A stretch of DNA of 12,042 nucleotides from Candidatus Eiseniibacteriota bacterium. GTDB taxonomy: Bacteria; Eisenbacteria; RBG-16-71-46; SZUA-252. The position numbers were made by a program, and so were the translations under genes. Position 1 is the first letter of the stretch, and every line of letters begins with the position of its first letter. The DNA is taken from NCBI GenBank assembly GCA_031370645.1, contig JANMQV010000101.1, positions 1-12,042 on the forward strand. Direction: 5' to 3'. Below are positions 7,725-12,042 of this stretch, one piece after another. The notes beneath the pieces were generated by a model. That model ran no database searches. It was not told the DNA's origin and worked only from the letters and a program-made list of their open reading frames with translations.

Positions 7725-9578
7725 CTAGCGCCGCCGGTCGGCGACGACGGTGACGGTGATCGTTTCGCAGCCACGGACGACGCTGTCGAACGGAATGACG
7801 CGCTCGGCGAGCGTGGCGCCCTTCACGGGCGAGTCGTCGCTCTTCTTGGCGCTCGATTCGAGAACCGAGAGGACCGACGCCGGCGCTCGGGCGATCTCGC
7901 GCCCCCCGCGAACCGTTCCGTTCGCCACGGCGTAGAGTTGGATATAGAGATGATCGGCTCGGCGCTCTTCCGCATAGAGCCCCATCAAGTCGTCGAAGGT
8001 TTCTGGTTGGTAGGCCTGCGGGACGCGCGCGCGCTCCCAGCGCTCCGTCTCGTCGCCGTCGCAGACGCGGACCGTCAGTTCCCCTTCGGAGGCCGATGCG
8101 GGGACGCGGATCCCATAGCGGTGGATCTCGGTCTCACGGCTGGAGCGGCGGAAGGTCGCTTCGACCTCGATCGAATCGCCGGGCGAGGCGGTCGTGGCCG
8201 AAGTCCGAATTCCGGTCAGCATCAACGCATCGACTCCCTCCGCGACATCGACCGTCACGACCGCCGAGTCGAGCCGCGAGGGGCGGAATCGATCTCCGAG
8301 GAGGAGTTGGAGCGACTGCCCGATCTCCTCCCCGACGCCCGAGACAGGCGACGTGGAGAGAATCGCGTCGCCGCGGACGAGGCGGCGCGTGCCGCCATTC
8401 CAATACGACGTGAAGCCGTAGCGAATCGTGCAGAGCCCCGCGTCGTTCAGCAGGCTCGAGATGGAACTGACGACCGCGCCGGAGAGGAGGCCCGGCGTGA
8501 TGAGCCGGTTTCGTACGACGCCGAAGCGATACACGTGCTTCCGTCCGCCGGCGCCACTTACATCGATCCGCACCGGAATCATGCCCGGTACCGCCCCGAC
8601 ATCGCCCGCGACACCGGCTTGGCGGTCGGCGATGAGCGTGCCGCAGGAGCGCGTCGCCGCGCCCACCTTGTTCGAGATCTGGCTGCTCGACATGATCGTG
8701 TAGATCTCGGCGGTCGTCATCGGAAAGTCGACCCACCCCATCGCGGTGAAGGGGTGACCGAACCCGAGCAGGCGGTCCTTGTCGCGATAGGTGACCGTGC
8801 CGATCGCCGCCGCGTTCCAATCGCCGCTCACGAGGAGCACGCCGACCGAAGAGCCGGGGCGGAGCGAATCGCAATCCCCGCCGCTCGTGGGAGCGCCGCC
8901 GGGGACCGCGATCAGTCCCCGATCGCGAAAGATCGGATCGAGGAACCTCACGGCTTCCGGTGTGAACCCCGAGAGGATGACGGGTGTGGCGATGGGACGC
9001 ATCCCATCGGCCAGGGGGCCTTCCGTGAGCGCCCCGCCGAAACCGCCGGAGCCTCCACCGCCCGGCGCGCCACCGCCGGCGCTCCCGAGGCGATCGTCGT
9101 CGGAGTCGGCGTTCGGTGGTCTTCCCGAGGGGCCGGGAAGCACGTCGAGCATCTCCTCGATCGGCGTGATTCCCGCGAGCGGCTCCTTGAGGAATCCCCA
9201 CGTGTAGGAAACCGCGCCGATCAGCCGGCCGTTGATGTAGACCGGGCTCCCGCTCATGCCGGCGATGATGCCGGTCCTCTCGATCGTCGGATTCATCGGG
9301 CGCGCCATGATGAGATTGCCGCCCGGACGGTAGGCCTTGAGCACGCCGACGATCGACACGCTGAACGTGTCGATGCGGGTCCCTTGGAACACGGTGTACC
9401 CGATGCCGACCATGCCGGCCCGAACGGAATCGGCGGGAAGAATCGGAGTGCCGGTGCGACGATCGGCCGCGCGGGCGCCGAGTGGCGCGAGGGCGGCCCA
9501 GAGCGCGGGTATCAGCGCGGGCATCAGCGCGGCCAAGAGGAGCGCTCGCGCGGCAAGTGGACGGAGGCGAGGAGTCAT
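7725..9578 (-). CDS. Secreted SpoIVB-like serine peptidase (family S55) with long C-terminal extension (~617 aa)
   Basis: GIIAGMSGSPVYINGRLIGAVSY...ITPIEEML resembles the SpoIVB catalytic-Ser region, and AIGTVTY...LLGFGHPF resembles its His region. The N-terminal signal peptide is MTPRLRPLAARALLLAALMPALIPALWAALAPLGARA|A. Start placed at ATG 9578 because the ORF extension to 9647 overlaps mutS and the promoter. Confidence 0.88.
   Translation of the reverse strand: MTPRLRPLAARALLLAALMPALIPALWAALAPLGARAADRRTGTPILPADSVRAGMVGIGYTVFQGTRIDTFSVSIVGVLKAYRPGGNLIMARPMNPTIERTGIIAGMSGSPVYINGRLIGAVSYTWGFLKEPLAGITPIEEMLDVLPGPSGRPPNADSDDDRLGSAGGGAPGGGGSGGFGGALTEGPLADGMRPIATPVILSGFTPEAVRFLDPIFRDRGLIAVPGGAPTSGGDCDSLRPGSSVGVLLVSGDWNAAAIGTVTYRDKDRLLGFGHPFTAMGWVDFPMTTAEIYTIMSSSQISNKVGAATRSCGTLIADRQAGVAGDVGAVPGMIPVRIDVSGAGGRKHVYRFGVVRNRLITPGLLSGAVVSSISSLLNDAGLCTIRYGFTSYWNGGTRRLVRGDAILSTSPVSGVGEEIGQSLQLLLGDRFRPSRLDSAVVTVDVAEGVDALMLTGIRTSATTASPGDSIEVEATFRRSSRETEIHRYGIRVPASASEGELTVRVCDGDETERWERARVPQAYQPETFDDLMGLYAEERRADHLYIQLYAVANGTVRGGREIARAPASVLSVLESSAKKSDDSPVKGATLAERVIPFDSVVRGCETITVTVVADRRR
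9502..9532. repeat. 12-bp in-frame tandem repeat (~2.6 copies) in the S55 signal peptide
   Basis: Plus strand reads AGCGCGGGTATC AGCGCGGGCATC AGCGCGG, encoding ALMPALIPAL on the minus strand. Confidence 0.7.
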
Positions 9579-9590
9579 TCGTGGAGGCAG

Positions 9591-9619
9591 AGGATACGCG
9601 GGGCTGCTCGCCAGGTCAA
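9591..9619 (-). promoter_or_regulatory. Putative sigma70-type promoter for the S55-propeller pair, overlapping the mutS stop codon
   Basis: TTGACC (9619-9614), a 17-nt spacer and TATCCT (9596-9591): 5/6 and 4/6 matches to consensus, with optimal spacing in a GC-rich background. Confidence 0.65.
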
Positions 9620-12042
9620 CGTGCCCGCCGCGCGCCGCGCGCCGCACCGCGCCAGCGGGCCAGTGTGTTGAGCGCGTCGAGCGGCGTCATCGATTCGACG
9701 GCGGCATCGGCCACCTCGTCGAGCAGCGCGTCCCGCTCCGCTCGCGTGACGCGATCGGAGGTGGGCGGTTCGACCGGAGCGGAGCGATCGGCGCTCGACC
9801 CGGCCGCGTGTTCCGCTTCCAACCGGCCGAGGATGTCGCGCGCGCGGGAGAGCACTCCCTCCGGGACGCCCGCCAGTTGCGCCACGTGGATGCCGTAGGA
9901 ACGGTCGGCCTTACCCGCCGCGATTTCGTGAAGGAAGACGATCGTCCCATTCTCCTCGGACACGCGCACCGTTCGGTTTCGCAGGCGCGGCAGCGTCCGT
10001 TCGAGGTCGGTCAGTTCGTGATAGTGCGTCGCAAAGAGCGTGCGCGGGCCGCCGCCTTCACGGTCGTGAAGCGCCTCGGTGATCGCCCAGGCGAGACTCA
10101 ACCCGTCGTAGGTGCTCGTCCCGCGCCCCACCTCGTCAAGCAGCACGAGGCTACGCGCGGTCGCCTGTCGAAGAATCGTCGCCGTCTCCTCCATCTCCAC
10201 GAAAAAGGTCGAAGCGCCCCTCGCGATCTGGTCCGACGCTCCGACGCGCGTAAAGATCCGATCGACAAGCCCGATCACCGCCTCGTCGCAGGGAACGAAC
10301 GAGCCGACCTGCGCGAGATAGACCGCGAGACCGACCTGCCGGAGGAACGTCGACTTGCCGCCCATGTTCGGGCCGGTGATGAGCCAGACCTGCTCCCGAT
10401 CGGGCTCGAGCGCGAGATCGTTCGGCACGAAGGCTCCGAGCCCCAACGCTCGTTCGACCATCGGATGGCGCGCCCGTTTCAGAATGAGCGTCCGTTCGTC
10501 GGTCAGCGTCGGCCGCGTCCAGCGCTCGCGCGCGGCGCTCTCGGCGAGGGAGCGAAAGACGTCGATCTCCGCCACGACCCGCGCCGACGCCGCCAACTCC
10601 CCCATCGAAGCGGTCGCCAGATCGCGGAGCCGCTGGAAGTGAGCCGCCTCGAGCCGAGACGATTCGATGCCGGCCGATTCGATCCGCTCCTCCATCCGCC
10701 GCAACTCCGGCGTGACGTAGCGCTCCGCGCCGGTCAGCGTCTGCTTCCGGATGTAATCGTCGGGGGCGCGGCCCAGCTGCGACTTGGTCACTTCGATGTA
10801 ATAGCCGAAGACACGGTTGAAACCGATCTTGAGATTCGGGATCCCGGTGCGCTCGCGCTCCGAGGCCTCCAGCGCCAGAACGAGGGCGCGCGTGTCGCCG
10901 GCGTCGCGGCGGAAGCGGTCGAGCTCCGCGTCGTATCCCTCGCGAAGGATTCCACCCTGCGTCGCGGAGAGCGGCAATTCTTCGACGAGCGCCTCCTCGA
11001 GGGTACCGGTGAGCGCGGAGAGATCGGGGAGCGCCGTGGCCCACGCGCCGAGTACCCGATCGCGCCGCCCCTCGAGCGAGAGGCGGAGCGCGGGAAGCCG
11101 GCGAAGCGCGTCCCGCACCACCCCGAGATCGCGCGGCGAGGCGCGTCCGCTCCCGAGAAGGCCGAGGGCGCGCTCGAGGTCGGGAATGCGATGGAGGCGT
11201 TCGTGAAGCTCGGCGCGCAACGGCGCCGACGCAGCGAGGCAGGCCGTTCGATCGAGGCGCCCTTCCAGCAACTCCCGGTCGCTCGTCGGCGCGCGAAGGA
11301 GCGCGCGAAGCGCGCGAGCCCCCATGGCGGTCTCCGTATGATCGAGGAGCGATAGGAGCGTGTGCTCCGGGCCGGCCGACGACTCCAGCACTTCCAGGTT
11401 TCGGAGCGTCACCTCGTCGGTGACGAGCGGCGATCCTTCGCGAAGCGGGCGGGCGTCCCGAATCTGCGGGAGATCCGACTTCTTCAACGATCGGAGATAG
11501 TCGAGGAGCGCGCCCGCGGCGCCGAATCCACCACGGATAGCGCGGAGGCCGAACGCATCGAGCCGGCGCACTTCGAATTTCTTCTCCAGCGTGGCGCGGC
11601 CCATCGCGGAATCGAACCGCGAGGCGGGAATGCGCGTGATGCAGGCGCCCGGGAAGGCGCCGGCATCGGCCTCCTCGGGAAGCAGCACCTCGCGCGCGGG
11701 AAACTCCAACGCCAAGCCGGCCAGTTCCCCGGGCTCGATGTCGCCGATCCGGAACTCGCCGGTCGAGATCTCCGCGACCGCCACGCCCCAGCGCCCCTCC
11801 GCGTCCGCTTCCGGGAGAACCGCCGTGATGTAGTTACTCTCCGTCGCCTCGAGCAATCCGAGCCGCGTCACCGTGCCCGGCGTGACGACCTCGATGACCT
11901 GCCGCTCCACGAGCCCCTTCGCCTGGTCCGCCGGTTCCATCTGCTCCGCGATGGCGACGGAGTAGCCATGGTGGACCAGTTTTCGAAGGTACCCTTCGAT
12001 CGAATGGTGCGGGACCCCGGCGAGAGGCGTGGGGTCGCGCTT
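9616..12042 (-). CDS. mutS: DNA mismatch repair protein MutS (MutS1), 5'-truncated by the window edge
   Basis: The frame is open from 12042 (KRDPTPLAGVPHHSIEGYLRKLVHHGYSVAIAEQMEP..., domain I). Motifs include VVTPGT, TLRNLE, FNRVFGYYIEV, ERYVTPEL, RHPMVE, Walker A GPNMGGKST, DRIFTRVGASD, STFFVEM, Walker B LLDEVGRGTST, FATHYHEL, SYGIHVAQLAG and C-terminal MTPLDAL. Confidence 0.99.
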   Translation of the reverse strand, partial: KRDPTPLAGVPHHSIEGYLRKLVHHGYSVAIAEQMEPADQAKGLVERQVIEVVTPGTVTRLGLLEATESNYITAVLPEADAEGRWGVAVAEISTGEFRIGDIEPGELAGLALEFPAREVLLPEEADAGAFPGACITRIPASRFDSAMGRATLEKKFEVRRLDAFGLRAIRGGFGAAGALLDYLRSLKKSDLPQIRDARPLREGSPLVTDEVTLRNLEVLESSAGPEHTLLSLLDHTETAMGARALRALLRAPTSDRELLEGRLDRTACLAASAPLRAELHERLHRIPDLERALGLLGSGRASPRDLGVVRDALRRLPALRLSLEGRRDRVLGAWATALPDLSALTGTLEEALVEELPLSATQGGILREGYDAELDRFRRDAGDTRALVLALEASERERTGIPNLKIGFNRVFGYYIEVTKSQLGRAPDDYIRKQTLTGAERYVTPELRRMEERIESAGIESSRLEAAHFQRLRDLATASMGELAASARVVAEIDVFRSLAESAARERWTRPTLTDERTLILKRARHPMVERALGLGAFVPNDLALEPDREQVWLITGPNMGGKSTFLRQVGLAVYLAQVGSFVPCDEAVIGLVDRIFTRVGASDQIARGASTFFVEMEETATILRQATARSLVLLDEVGRGTSTYDGLSLAWAITEALHDREGGGPRTLFATHYHELTDLERTLPRLRNRTVRVSEENGTIVFLHEIAAGKADRSYGIHVAQLAGVPEGVLSRARDILGRLEAEHAAGSSADRSAPVEPPTSDRVTRAERDALLDEVADAAVESMTPLDALNTLARWRGAARGARRAR

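Noticed and set aside
7725-9578. Interpretation as true sporulation gene spoIVB
   Set aside because: No PDZ domain, different motif order, extra C-terminal domains, and no spo0A/recN sporulation context.
1806-9615. Mobile element or genomic island between mutS and mutL
   Set aside because: No integrase or transposase, no flanking direct or inverted repeats seen, and no obvious compositional shift relative to the mut genes.
7500-9671. 723-aa plus-strand ORF antisense to the S55 gene
   Set aside because: Arg/Ala-rich with no recognisable motifs and fully overlapping a well-supported gene. This is a typical antisense shadow ORF of high-GC coding DNA.
9337-11355. 672-aa plus-strand ORF antisense to mutS
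   Set aside because: Shadow ORF opposite a conserved gene, with no domain signatures or RBS.

Overview
High-GC (roughly 70% by eye) bacterial chromosomal window with six genes, all on the minus strand. In transcription order (right to left) they are: mutS (5' end outside the window), a secreted SpoIVB-like peptidase S55, a secreted beta-propeller/Ig-fold protein, a multi-GAF protein with a degenerate GGDEF domain, an M24 Xaa-Pro metallopeptidase, and mutL. mutS and mutL are therefore separated by about 7.8 kb carrying four non-repair genes. Sequence signals suggest two transcription units after mutS. The first has a TTGACC-N17-TATCCT promoter overlapping the mutS stop, covers the S55 + propeller pair and ends at a 17-bp hairpin. 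The second has an extended -10 promoter and covers GGDEF*-M24-mutL. The main points of interest are: (1) the S55 protease appears circularly permuted relative to Bacillus SpoIVB and is paired with a secreted propeller protein, a candidate uncharacterised extracytoplasmic proteolysis module; (2) the GGDEF domain looks catalytically dead (GGGRF) but keeps an RxxD I-site, suggesting a c-di-GMP receptor; (3) MutL has Asp in place of the Zn-binding Cys of the CPHGRP motif; (4) the propeller gene probably starts at CTG. I saw no RNA genes, mobile elements or CRISPR arrays. All calls come from reading motifs by eye; no searches were run.
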